A stretch of 31,550 nt of DNA from Pseudomonadota bacterium (GCA_038059145.1 JBBTKA010000106.1:23097-54646), one strand, 5' to 3'. Positions 19,310 to 28,557 are shown, numbered from the stretch's first letter. The notes: a model not told the origin generated them from the letters alone. Program-made: numbers and translations.

Positions 19310-20233
19310 ATGCTCGGCTGTAAAAACACGTTGAACTGCCTCTCCGCCGCACTTCTGCTGGCGTCCCTGGCCGCCTGCTCTCCAGCAGGAACCGCACCTG
19401 CGGAAGACGCCACTGCCACTGCAGTTGCTGCAGCTCCGGCCAGTGCTATTCCCAGGACTTCCGACGGCAAGCCGGATCTCAATGGCATCTGGCAGGCCAT
19501 GAGTACCGCGAACAACAATCTGGAGTCAGCGCCTGCCAAGGCGGCCTTCGCGATGGTGCCAGGCGATTTCGTCCCCGTACCTGCTCCTGAAATCGTAGCG
19601 ATGGGGGCGGTGGGTTCAGTCCCAGCCAGTTACTCTGTGGTCGAGGGCGGGACTATCCCTTACAAGCCGGAGGCATTGGCGCAGCGCCAGACCAATCAGG
19701 AAAACTGGCTGACCAGTGACCCCGAGATCAAGTGCTTTATGCCGGGTGTTCCCCGTGCGACCTACATGCCGCATCCGTTCCAGATTTTCCAGAGCCAGGA
19801 GGCCATGTTCATCGCCTATTCGTTTGCCGGCGCAGTGCGCAACATCTATCTGGAGAATCCGGGTGAACCTCCCCTGGATGCGTGGATGGGGCAGTCATAC
19901 GGATATTGGGAGGGCGACACCTTCGTCGTCGAAGTCACGGGCCTTGACGACCGAACCTGGTTTGACCGGGCGGGCAATTATCACACTTACAAGCTCAAGG
20001 TGACCGAGCGTTACACGATGGTGAGCGAGAATGTGATTGAGTATGAGGCGACCATGGAGGATCCGGATATTTTTGAGCGTCCCTGGACAATCAGCATGCC
20101 GATCTACCGAAGACTTGAAGAAGGCTTCGAACTGCCGCAATTCAAGTGCGTGGAGTTCGTAGAAGAGTTAATGTACGGCAAGTACAGGAAGGGACGTGAA
20201 GCGGAGCTGTTTGGGCAGGAAGTCGACCGCTGA
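19310..20233 (+). CDS. Uncharacterised lipoprotein (family commonly paired with DUF6152)
   Basis: Lipobox LAAC; PRTSDGKPDLNGIW, DPEIKCFMPGVPR, WMGQSYGYWEGDTFVV, YEATMEDP motifs; GGAGG RBS. Confidence 0.85.
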   Translation: MLGCKNTLNCLSAALLLASLAACSPAGTAPAEDATATAVAAAPASAIPRTSDGKPDLNGIWQAMSTANNNLESAPAKAAFAMVPGDFVPVPAPEIVAMGAVGSVPASYSVVEGGTIPYKPEALAQRQTNQENWLTSDPEIKCFMPGVPRATYMPHPFQIFQSQEAMFIAYSFAGAVRNIYLENPGEPPLDAWMGQSYGYWEGDTFVVEVTGLDDRTWFDRAGNYHTYKLKVTERYTMVSENVIEYEATMEDPDIFERPWTISMPIYRRLEEGFELPQFKCVEFVEELMYGKYRKGREAELFGQEVDR

Positions 20234-20270
20234 GATCAAGTTAATTCAGACCAAGCAAAGGGGTGGAAAT

Positions 20271-20711
20271 ATGAAGATCAAGATGTTGATGGCTGTGGCA
20301 GCAGTCGCGGGTGGGATGGTGGCCAGTATGCCAGCGTCCGCACACCATGCATTCTCTGCAGAGTTCGATGCGAATCTGCCGATTGCACTGCGCGGGCCGA
20401 TTACCCGGGTGGAGTGGATCAATCCGCATTCGTGGATTCATCTGGAGCACACCAATGAAGACGGCAGCAAGCAACTCTGGATGGTCGAGGGCGGCACGCC
20501 CAACACACTGCTGCGTCGGGGCATCAACCGCGATTCTCTGCAGATTGGCACCGAGATAATTGTGACGGGTTACCAGAGCAAGGATCGTCTGTGCACACCC
20601 GAATGCCGTGGCAATGGTCGGGACATCACCTTCCCGGACGGCCGCAAACTGTTCATGGGCTCTTCGGGCACTGGCGCGCCAGTCGATGGTTCCGATCCAG
20701 GCGACAGATAG
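20271..20711 (+). CDS. DUF6152 family exported protein
   Basis: Signal peptide ASA then HHAFSAEFD, WINPHSWI, WMVEGGTPN motifs; ATG 20271 with GGGGTGGA upstream. Confidence 0.85.
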   Translation: MKIKMLMAVAAVAGGMVASMPASAHHAFSAEFDANLPIALRGPITRVEWINPHSWIHLEHTNEDGSKQLWMVEGGTPNTLLRRGINRDSLQIGTEIIVTGYQSKDRLCTPECRGNGRDITFPDGRKLFMGSSGTGAPVDGSDPGDR

Positions 20712-20716
20712 TCGTC

Positions 20717-20749
20717 GAGACCGAGTTGTTGAGACCGAGTTGTTGAGAC
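20717..20749. repeat. 14-bp tandem duplication
   Basis: GAGACCGAGTTGTT x2 followed by GAGAC. Confidence 0.9.
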
Positions 20750-20792
20750 ATAAAAAAGCCCGCATCGCCAAGGCAGTGCGGGCTTTTTTATG
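20749..20792. terminator. Bidirectional Rho-independent terminator
   Basis: CATAAAAAAGCCCGCA...TGCGGGCTTTTTTATG between convergent operons. Confidence 0.9.
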
Positions 20793-20820
20793 GCCGGATG
20801 TTTAACTCAGGCCACACGCC

Positions 20821-21405
20821 TTAGTTGAGGACGGGTGCCAGAGTCTGTTCGAACACGCCGCCGTCACGAAAGAGAATCGTGCCCTCGTAAAATCCGGCGC
20901 TGTGCAGACGCAATACCACTTCCTCGAAGGTGCGGTTTTCCCAGAACCAACCGTGAATTCCAGTGAAAGGCGCGTGGTACGTGCCCATGCTGGTGGTCGC
21001 GGTGGCCTTGTCAAAACTCTCTACAAATTCTTCGCCTTCCATGTTGTCGGGATCTGCGTGCATGTCGTAGACCAGCGCACCCGTCGCCTGCCAGGAATAG
21101 ATCATACTGTTGCCTTCGGCCAGGCGGTATTTGTACTCCAGTGACTGAAATGGCCCCAGCACGAACTCCACCGTGTCGGCTCTGTGCACCATGGTTTGTG
21201 CCTCCAGTGGCCCTTCGCTGGCATCCGCCAGCTCCTGCAACCCCAGCGCACGACCGACGCCCAGCGGATCGATTCCGAATTCGGCGGGCAACACGGCCAC
21301 CACCAATACTGTGCCCGCAATCAGGATGGCGGTAGCCGAGCCCAGCACAAGCTGGCGGCGTGAAAGCGGTGCGGGGGATTGCTGAGTGTCAGTCGGTTCT
21401 GTCAT
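20821..21405 (-). CDS. Membrane-anchored uncharacterised protein (type usually found next to HupE/UreJ genes)
   Basis: N-terminal TM then LPAEFGIDPLGVG, EYKY, YDMHADP, PFTGIHGWFWENR motifs. Confidence 0.8.
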   Translation of the reverse strand: MTEPTDTQQSPAPLSRRQLVLGSATAILIAGTVLVVAVLPAEFGIDPLGVGRALGLQELADASEGPLEAQTMVHRADTVEFVLGPFQSLEYKYRLAEGNSMIYSWQATGALVYDMHADPDNMEGEEFVESFDKATATTSMGTYHAPFTGIHGWFWENRTFEEVVLRLHSAGFYEGTILFRDGGVFEQTLAPVLN

Positions 21406-21453
21406 CGCGGTTCTCCAACCCCTGTGGTCAGTGTGTTCGGGGAATGCATTGGC

Positions 21454-22212
21454 TCAGTCGAGCAAAAAGTGGGTGAACTGGTAGGCGGCCAGCAGAAAGC
21501 CTCCGCTCATCAGCGCGGTGTTGGTGATAAAGGCATGGCGCAGATAGCTGGCGTAGCGGCGCCAGGCGCTCAGCATGAGGAAAATGATGAACAGCGCCAG
21601 GAACTGCCCCAGCTCGACACCGACATTGAAGCTGATGATGTTGATGATCAGGCCATTCGGGGACAGTTCGAACTCCTGCAGTTTGGTGGCGAGTCCCAGC
21701 CCATGGAACAGGCCGAAGACAAACACCGCCAGACGGGGATCGGGGTGCAGCTTGCCGAGCCTGTCGAGGCCGCCCATGTTTTCCAGCGCTTTGTAGACGA
21801 TGGACAGGCCGATGATGGCGTCGATCAGATAAGCATTCACCTGCAGATCGGCCAGCACTCCGGTCAGCAGCGTGATGCTGTGGCCGACGGCGAAGAGAGT
21901 GACGTATTGGGCAACCTGTACCGGGCGATAAAGGAAGAAGACCACCCCGATCAGATACAACAGATGGTCATAGCCGGTGACCATGTGTTTGGCACCAAGA
22001 TAAATGAAAGGCGCGACTGCCGGGCCGTCGATGTCCTGCACAAAATTGGCGTCATTGCCGGTGATGGAGTGGGCTTGAGCCTCGCCAGTCAATGCCAGCA
22101 ATATCGGCGCCAGTATCGTCAGCAGCGCCACGACCAGAGCGCGGGACCCTCTCGGGTCCTGCTGCCGGCATGGTCTTGGGCGGAGCACTGTCTGCGCTGG
22201 CATGCGAGGCAT
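21454..22212 (-). CDS. HupE/UreJ family metal (Ni/Co) transporter-like membrane protein
   Basis: Signal peptide AQA-H, LGAKHMVTGYDHLLY, FAVGHSITL, FGLFHGLG, FNVGVELGQ motifs. Confidence 0.88.
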   Translation of the reverse strand: MPRMPAQTVLRPRPCRQQDPRGSRALVVALLTILAPILLALTGEAQAHSITGNDANFVQDIDGPAVAPFIYLGAKHMVTGYDHLLYLIGVVFFLYRPVQVAQYVTLFAVGHSITLLTGVLADLQVNAYLIDAIIGLSIVYKALENMGGLDRLGKLHPDPRLAVFVFGLFHGLGLATKLQEFELSPNGLIINIISFNVGVELGQFLALFIIFLMLSAWRRYASYLRHAFITNTALMSGGFLLAAYQFTHFLLD

Positions 22213-22219
22213 CGTCCGG

Positions 22220-22798
22220 TCAGTTGGTCGCGAACTTGGAGGTGATTTCGGGGTTATAAGCCTGATGGCAGGCAGTGCAGACGCTGTACAGTTGCGCGCC
22301 GGCCTGGAAGAAGTCCTCCTTGTTCTGGAGGGCAGCGGCCTCCATCGCGAGCGCTCCGGCCTGGCTCAAACCGTTGGCGTAAGTCAGCCACGCATCGTTG
22401 TCGACGGCGCGTCCGGGCAGCGCGAGCATATTGCCGATCTCGATAAGAAGTGCCGCGTGGCGCCTTACGTAGTCCCATTGCTCGTCGGTGGTCGGGTAGA
22501 GTTCCTCGTAACCAGTCTCTCTGCTGTCCACCCACCCAGCAGAATCCCAGAGGACGTCCGCGGCGGGGTCGAGAACCAGGTTCATGAAGTCCTTCATATT
22601 CAGCGAGGTGTTGAATGCTGTGGGTGTATTCTCGGTAGCGGGTGCGGCGCTTTGTGTGGGTCCAGTGGAAGGTTCGCCGCAGGCTGCCAGAAGCAGCATG
22701 GCGACCAGCACTGTGGCGCGTCGCCATGATCGGGGCAGCGCTGTCGCCAGCGTGCTAGCCAGCGAACGGAAATATTGCAGCGGGAGACTGATGTACAT
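22220..22798 (-). CDS. Lipoprotein c-type cytochrome (helical, C-terminal CxxCH)
   Basis: Lipobox LAAC; single CTACH near the C-terminus of a helical domain (class II/cytochrome c'-like arrangement); start ATG 22798 inferred (ORF track 22870). Confidence 0.78.
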   Translation of the reverse strand: MYISLPLQYFRSLASTLATALPRSWRRATVLVAMLLLAACGEPSTGPTQSAAPATENTPTAFNTSLNMKDFMNLVLDPAADVLWDSAGWVDSRETGYEELYPTTDEQWDYVRRHAALLIEIGNMLALPGRAVDNDAWLTYANGLSQAGALAMEAAALQNKEDFFQAGAQLYSVCTACHQAYNPEITSKFATN

Positions 22799-23137
22799 GG
22801 CTCGACCCTCGATAATTGTTATTGTCGTTGTGCCTTGAGCAGTGCTTGGTAGTGCGTGGTAGTGCTTCACGGATGCAAGGCATTCTACAGTAAAAGCGCA
22901 TTAACGCGATTCTCGTGATCCCCGCGATCACGGCGGTTGGTCGTGATATCTATTGCTGCGCTCCTTGGCTTAAACTGGGCTGAAACTGGGGTTGCTTAAA
23001 CTCAGGCGCTGGTTTAGTTTGCTGTCAGGATATTTTTTTGCGCAAAAATTGATCGGGTACACGGATGACAGGCTAACTGCCTGACTCGCCCTTGCAACGA
23101 AGGCCGCCATGGTGCCTGCAATAGAGTAAGGACATTC

Positions 23138-24610
23138 ATGAATTATCGCTTGTACGAATGGAAGATCATCTACGTCTTTATCGTAGTGTTCGCGTTGATT
23201 CAGGTCGGTGCCTACATGGTGCTGACGGTCAGCAATGAAAACATTGCTCGAGAGAATGCCAGTCACGATCTGCAGGTTGCATCGGATGTCATGCGCAATC
23301 TGGTTCTCCTGCGGAGTCGGCAACTGGCTCTGACCGGGCAGGTGATCGCCGCCGATGCCACTGTGCGGGAAGCGATAGCCACCGGCAACAGACTGGCCAT
23401 CGAAGCGACTTTGCAGAACAACGGTTTTCGTATTCAGGCTGCGGCCATGCTGCTGACCGACGTCAACCGGAACGTCATAGCCTATGTATCCGGGCCCGCC
23501 TCCACAGGACAACCTGATCCGGTCAGTGTAAATCCGGCCATCCTGCAGTCCCCTCCACCTCCTCAGTTGATCGCCCCGATGGATACGAGCGGCGAGGTTC
23601 TTCACCAGATTGTGACGATTCCCATCAACGCCCCGCAGCTGGTTTGCTGGCTGAGTATCGGTTTTCCGATGGGAGACCCGTTGTGGCAGGTGCTGGGCGG
23701 AGATGCCAATGCCAACTATGCGTTCTTCGCGCGGACTGCCGGCACATCCTGGAAGATGCACGCCTCGACTTTCCCGACAGAGGTTGGGGAGGACATGCTG
23801 GCGCAGTTCACCGCTGAGGGAGGGGTTGCGCCATCATTCGAGAATGGTCAGCTCAATTATCTTCTGAACATGCTGCCCTTGGTCCGTTCCGAGGGGTTGG
23901 AAGTCATTGGTGTCATGGGCAAGTCGCTCGATGAGGTCATGGGCCCCTTCGATCAACTGCAGACCAGCCTGATGAGATGGATGCTCGCCAGTGTGGCGCT
24001 CAGTATTCTTGCGGTCTTCCTGCTGACCCGGCTCATGGTTGGCCCACTGAACACGCTCGCTCATCTCGATACTTTGACTGGCGTGGCGAATCGTCGCCTG
24101 CTGGACATGAGCATTGCCAGGCTGTGCATGCAACCCGTGGGCGCTCCCCTTAACCACTTCGCCGTGCTGCTTCTCGACATGGATGACTTCAAACAGATCA
24201 ACGATACGCGCGGGCATGACGCCGGCGATCAGGTGTTGCGGATTATCGGCCGCCGGTTGAAAGCGGCGTTGCGCAAATCTGATCTGATCGCCCGTTATGG
24301 TGGCGATGAGTTTGCTGTGTTGCTCCATGGCGCGACCCGGGAGTCGACCCGGGAGTCGACCCGGCAGGTGATGGAGGCATTGATCCAGGCGTTGCAAAAG
24401 CCCATGCAGGTGGATGGGCGTGAGTTCCCGGTACATTTCAGTATTGGTGCTGCGCTCGCTCCCCAGGATGGCACGGAGGCTGCCGTGTTGCTGAAGAATG
24501 CCGATCAGGCCATGTATGCCGCCAAGAAGTCGCCCCACGCCTTTGTTTTCTTCGATGAGATCGGCGAGCCCGAGAAGATTACCGGTCGATTGACCACTCG
24601 CAGTGCCTGA
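23138..24610 (+). CDS. Membrane diguanylate cyclase with Cache-like periplasmic domain
   Basis: Two TMs, DTLTGVANRR, DMDDFKQIND, I-site RKSD, intact GGDEF, NADQAMYAAK; AAGGA RBS. Confidence 0.9.
   Translation: MNYRLYEWKIIYVFIVVFALIQVGAYMVLTVSNENIARENASHDLQVASDVMRNLVLLRSRQLALTGQVIAADATVREAIATGNRLAIEATLQNNGFRIQAAAMLLTDVNRNVIAYVSGPASTGQPDPVSVNPAILQSPPPPQLIAPMDTSGEVLHQIVTIPINAPQLVCWLSIGFPMGDPLWQVLGGDANANYAFFARTAGTSWKMHASTFPTEVGEDMLAQFTAEGGVAPSFENGQLNYLLNMLPLVRSEGLEVIGVMGKSLDEVMGPFDQLQTSLMRWMLASVALSILAVFLLTRLMVGPLNTLAHLDTLTGVANRRLLDMSIARLCMQPVGAPLNHFAVLLLDMDDFKQINDTRGHDAGDQVLRIIGRRLKAALRKSDLIARYGGDEFAVLLHGATRESTRESTRQVMEALIQALQKPMQVDGREFPVHFSIGAALAPQDGTEAAVLLKNADQAMYAAKKSPHAFVFFDEIGEPEKITGRLTTRSA
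24333..24364. repeat. In-frame 12-bp tandem duplication inside the GGDEF domain
   Basis: CGACCCGGGAGT x2 plus CGACCCGG, giving ATRESTRESTRQ. Confidence 0.9.
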
Positions 24611-24637
24611 TTCTTTGCTTCGCCTGCGTTTTTCCAA

Positions 24638-24667
24638 TTGCAAGTCTAAATGAGAGCGATTATCATC
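24638..24667 (+). promoter_or_regulatory. Sigma70 promoter overlapped by a Fur-like box
   Basis: TTGCAA (24638-24643), 17 bp, TATCAT (24661-24666); AATGAGAGCGATTATCAT, 12/19 to GATAATGATAATCATTATC by manual alignment; upstream of an iron ABC operon. Confidence 0.7.
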
Positions 24668-24747
24668 TACCTCATGATGCGGTGCGCTCCCTGCTGTCAG
24701 GTCTGACAGCTATTCCCTCACTCAACCCGCACCAAGGGGTCATCTCC

Positions 24748-25767
24748 ATGCTTAGAAAATTTACGCTGACGCTGCTGGCTGTTTGTTGCACACCTTACTG
24801 TGTACCGGCGCTTGCCGACGAAGTGAATATCTATTCCGCCAGGCAGGAAAATCTCATCAAGCCGATTTTGGACATTTTCACTGAGCGCACTGGCGTGACG
24901 GTGAATCTGGTAACGGGTTCTGCCGATGAACTGATTCAACGTCTGACACTGGAGGGGGACAATTCTCCTGCGGATATGCTGATTGCCGAAGATGTCGGCC
25001 GTCTCTACCGTGCCAAGGAAGCGGGTGTTCTGCAGGCGGTGGAATCTGCTGCCATCAACGACATTATTCCTGCCCAGTACCGCGACTCTGAAGGCTACTG
25101 GTACGGTCTGACGCTGCGTTCACGCGTCATCATCTATGACAAGGCGCGCGTGAATCCCGCCGATCTTTCTACCTACGCCGATCTGGCCGACCCGAAGTGG
25201 GACAACAAGATCTGCGTGCGTTCCTCCGGCAACATCTACAACCAGTCTCTGGTGGCGTCGATGATCAGCCGCAATGGCGTTGAGGCGACGGAAGCCTGGG
25301 CCACTGGCCTGGTGGCGAACTTCGGCCGCGCACCGCAGGGCGGCGACCGCGAGCAGATCAGTGCGGTGGCTGCAGGTCAGTGTGATCTCGCCATCAGCAA
25401 CACCTACTATTTCGGTGGCATGCTCAAGTCCACCAACGAGGCAGAGCGCAAGGCGGCTGAGGCTGTGGCGGTGTTCTTCCCTGATCAGAATGGCAATGGC
25501 GCGCACATGAACATCAGTGGAGCTGGCGTTACCAAGGCCGCGAAGAATCGCGATGCGGCCGTGCAGCTCATGGAATTCCTGGCTGGTGAAGAAGCGCAGG
25601 CCTGGTACGCTGAAGTGAATAACGAGTTCCCGGTGCGTGCCGATGTGCCCGCCAGCGAGCTGCTGCAGTCCTGGGGAACCTTCAAGGCCGACAATCTTGC
25701 GCTGGAAGAACTCGGCATCCATAATGCCGAAGCAGTCCGCCTGATGGACAGAGCCGGCTGGCAGTAA
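24748..25767 (+). CDS. fbpA: Fe(III) ABC transporter substrate-binding protein
   Basis: VNIYSARQENLIKP, EGDNSPAD, RSSGNIYNQSL, ISNTYY, HMNISGAG, NNEFPV motifs (FutA/FbpA/IdiA); start ATG 24748 inferred. Confidence 0.93.
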   Translation: MLRKFTLTLLAVCCTPYCVPALADEVNIYSARQENLIKPILDIFTERTGVTVNLVTGSADELIQRLTLEGDNSPADMLIAEDVGRLYRAKEAGVLQAVESAAINDIIPAQYRDSEGYWYGLTLRSRVIIYDKARVNPADLSTYADLADPKWDNKICVRSSGNIYNQSLVASMISRNGVEATEAWATGLVANFGRAPQGGDREQISAVAAGQCDLAISNTYYFGGMLKSTNEAERKAAEAVAVFFPDQNGNGAHMNISGAGVTKAAKNRDAAVQLMEFLAGEEAQAWYAEVNNEFPVRADVPASELLQSWGTFKADNLALEELGIHNAEAVRLMDRAGWQ

Positions 25768-25783
25768 CCCGGCTGGCAGTAAC
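25754..25783. repeat. 15-bp tandem duplication spanning the fbpA stop codon
   Basis: CCGGCTGGCAGTAAC x2. Confidence 0.9.
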
Positions 25784-25826
25784 AAAGGTGGCAACCACCA
25801 CCTGCACCTGACAAGCAGATGTCTCC

Positions 25827-27524
25827 ATGATCAATAGTATGGACGGGGCCCCGGAAGGGGCCTTGTCGTCTCTGAAAACCGGGATTTACAGCCGTCTCCC
25901 CATGCTGGGTATCCTGCTGTTGTGTCTGCTGCTCAGCGTGCCGGTGCTCACCATTCTCACGTCGATCACCAGCAGCAGTGATGGTGTCTGGCAACACCTC
26001 TATGAAACGGTACTCGGCGACTATGTCACCCATTCCCTGACTCTGCTGGTCGGTGTTGGTCTCGCCGTACTGGTGCTCGGCATCGGGCCGGCGTGGCTGG
26101 TGACGATGACCCGCTTTCCGGGCAGCCGCGTGCTGGAATGGGCGCTGGTGCTGCCACTCGCGATGCCCGCCTACATCATCGCCTACACCTATACGGGAAT
26201 GCTGGATATCGGCGGACCGCTGCAGGTGTGGATTCGCGAGACCTTCGACGTGCGCTTCGGCGACTACTGGTTTCCGAATGTCCGCTCCTTGGCTGGCGCC
26301 GTCGCCATGCTGTCGCTGGTGCTCTACCCCTACGTCTACCTGCTCTCGCGTACCGCCTTTCTGGAGCAGTCCGTGTGTGTGCTGGAAGTCTCGCGCACGC
26401 TCGGTGCCAGCCCCTGGCAGGCGTTCATCCGCGTGGCGATGCCGCTCGCGCGCCCTGCCATCATTGCTGGTCTGTCGCTGGTGCTGATGGAGACGCTGGC
26501 AGACTACGGCACCGTGCAGTATTTCGGAGTGTCGGCCTTCACCACCGGCATCTTCCGCACGTGGTTCGGTCTTGGCAGCCTCACGGCCGCCGCCCAACTC
26601 GCGGCGGTCCTGCTGATCTTCATCCTGTTTCTGGTGATGATTGAGCACTGGTCGCGGCAGAAGGCGCGCTACCACCACACCAGCAACAAGTACTCACGTC
26701 TGCCACAGATCCCGTTGACTGGCTGGAAGCGCGCGGCGGCCATGGTGTATTGCATGCTTCCAGTCCTTCTTGGCTTCCTGATTCCCTTCATTCAGCTGTC
26801 GCTCTGGGCAGTGGATACCTGGCATCTGGTCGACAAGGACAGCTTCTTCACCCTGTTCGTAAACAGCCTGGAGCTTGCCTCGGTCACGGCCATCATCGCG
26901 CTGGTGCTGGGCGTGTTCATTACCTACAGCAAGCGCCTGCGTCCGACATTGCCCTTGCGCGGGGTTGTCAGAGTGATGGGGCTCGGCTATGCAATTCCCG
27001 GCACCGTAATCGCGGTAGGCGTGCTGATTCCCTTCGCGTGGTTCGACAACACGCTGGATGCCTGGATGCGCGAGCACTTCGATATCGCCACCGGGCTGCT
27101 GCTGAGTGGCACGCTGATCGCCGTCGTGTTCGCCTATCTGGTGCGCTTCCTGCCGGTGGCGTTGAACACACTCGATGCGGGGCTCGGCAAGATCAAGCCG
27201 ACAATGGACGATGTCGGCCGTTCAATGGGGCTCAGCCCCTTGCAGATTCTGCGGCGCGTGCATGTGCCCTTGTTGCAGGGGAGTCTGTTGACGGCCAGCC
27301 TGCTGGTATTCGTCGATGTCCTCAAGGAGCTGCCCGCTACCCTCATTCTGCGACCATTCAATTTCAACACACTGGCGATCCGTACTTACGAGCTGGCCAA
27401 TCAGGAGCGCCTCGCGGAGGCCTCCAGCTCGGCCCTGATGATCGTATTGGCCGGTATTATTCCTGTTATCATCCTCAGCAAATCGATCTCCCGATCCCGG
27501 CCTGGTCATGACTCAAGTACTTGA
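25827..27524 (+). CDS. fbpB: Fe(III) ABC transporter permease
   Basis: LPLAMPAYIIAYTY, YPYVYL, EVSRTLG, ETLADYG, DVLKELPATLILRPFNFNTLA motifs. Confidence 0.93.
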   Translation: MINSMDGAPEGALSSLKTGIYSRLPMLGILLLCLLLSVPVLTILTSITSSSDGVWQHLYETVLGDYVTHSLTLLVGVGLAVLVLGIGPAWLVTMTRFPGSRVLEWALVLPLAMPAYIIAYTYTGMLDIGGPLQVWIRETFDVRFGDYWFPNVRSLAGAVAMLSLVLYPYVYLLSRTAFLEQSVCVLEVSRTLGASPWQAFIRVAMPLARPAIIAGLSLVLMETLADYGTVQYFGVSAFTTGIFRTWFGLGSLTAAAQLAAVLLIFILFLVMIEHWSRQKARYHHTSNKYSRLPQIPLTGWKRAAAMVYCMLPVLLGFLIPFIQLSLWAVDTWHLVDKDSFFTLFVNSLELASVTAIIALVLGVFITYSKRLRPTLPLRGVVRVMGLGYAIPGTVIAVGVLIPFAWFDNTLDAWMREHFDIATGLLLSGTLIAVVFAYLVRFLPVALNTLDAGLGKIKPTMDDVGRSMGLSPLQILRRVHVPLLQGSLLTASLLVFVDVLKELPATLILRPFNFNTLAIRTYELANQERLAEASSSALMIVLAGIIPVIILSKSISRSRPGHDSST

Positions 27525-28557
27525 ACTGAAAGATGTTGCCGTTGCGCTCGACGGCAACCCCATTGTGCGCGGCATCTCCTTGCAACTCAGCCACGGCACC
27601 ATAGGTTGTCTGCTGGGGCCGAGCGGCTGTGGCAAGACCACCTTGCTGCGGGCTATCGCCGGATTCGAGAAGGTGCAGCAGGGAGAGATCAGCATCGCCG
27701 GGCGTCCGGTCAGCAATCAGCAGCTGTGTCTGCCCGTGGAGAAGCGCCATGTCGGCATGGTGTTCCAGGACTATGCGTTGTTTCCACACCTGACGGTCGC
27801 CGAGAACATCGCCTTTGGTCTTTCTGCCATGCCTCGCGCAGATCGTCAGAAGCGGGTGCAGGAACTGGCGGAGATGCTCAAGATTGGCGAGTTTCTGAAT
27901 GCCTATCCGCACAGACTGTCTGGCGGGCAGCAGCAGCGCGTGGCGGTGGCGCGGGCGATGGCGCCCAAGCCCGGCATCCTGTTATTGGATGAGCCTTTCG
28001 CCAGTCTCGATGTGGAGCTGCGTGAACAGATTGCCCGCGAGATTCGTGCCGTGCTGAAGCACGACGGCATCACGGCGATACTGGTCAGCCACAATCTGTA
28101 TGAGGCCTTCGCCATGGCCGACGAGATCGGCGTCATGCGGGCGGGAGAGTTGCTGCAGTGGAGCACGCCCTTCGAGCTCTATCATCAGCCAGCCTGCGCC
28201 TATGTCGCGGATTTCGTCGGCGAAGGGGTATTCCTCAACGGGACAGTCGTAGACCCTTCACGGGTAGAGACAGCGCTGGGGTTGCTGGGACGGGAGGATG
28301 AATTGCACGGCTACCCGCTGGGCAGCAAGGTGACCGTGTTGATTCGGCCGGATGATGTGATTCACGATGACTTCAGCCCGAAACAGGCCCGCGTGGTTGA
28401 AAAGGCCTTTCGTGGCGCTGGCTATCTCTACACGCTGGCGCTGCCGGACGGTTCGCACGTGCTGAGCCTGGCGCCGAGTCATCACGCCCATGCCGAAGGG
28501 GAGATGATCGGCATTCATATCGAGATGGATCATCTGGTAGCGTTCAAAGAGAGCTAG
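27508..28557 (+). CDS. fbpC: Fe(III) ABC transporter ATP-binding protein
   Basis: GPSGCGKTT, VFQDYALFPHLTV, LSGGQQQR, LLDEPF; TOBE-like C-terminus. Confidence 0.92.
   Translation: MTQVLELKDVAVALDGNPIVRGISLQLSHGTIGCLLGPSGCGKTTLLRAIAGFEKVQQGEISIAGRPVSNQQLCLPVEKRHVGMVFQDYALFPHLTVAENIAFGLSAMPRADRQKRVQELAEMLKIGEFLNAYPHRLSGGQQQRVAVARAMAPKPGILLLDEPFASLDVELREQIAREIRAVLKHDGITAILVSHNLYEAFAMADEIGVMRAGELLQWSTPFELYHQPACAYVADFVGEGVFLNGTVVDPSRVETALGLLGREDELHGYPLGSKVTVLIRPDDVIHDDFSPKQARVVEKAFRGAGYLYTLALPDGSHVLSLAPSHHAHAEGEMIGIHIEMDHLVAFKES

Noticed and set aside
19102-19539. 145-aa minus-strand ORF
   Set aside because: Mostly antisense to the lipoprotein signal and linker region; no independent support.
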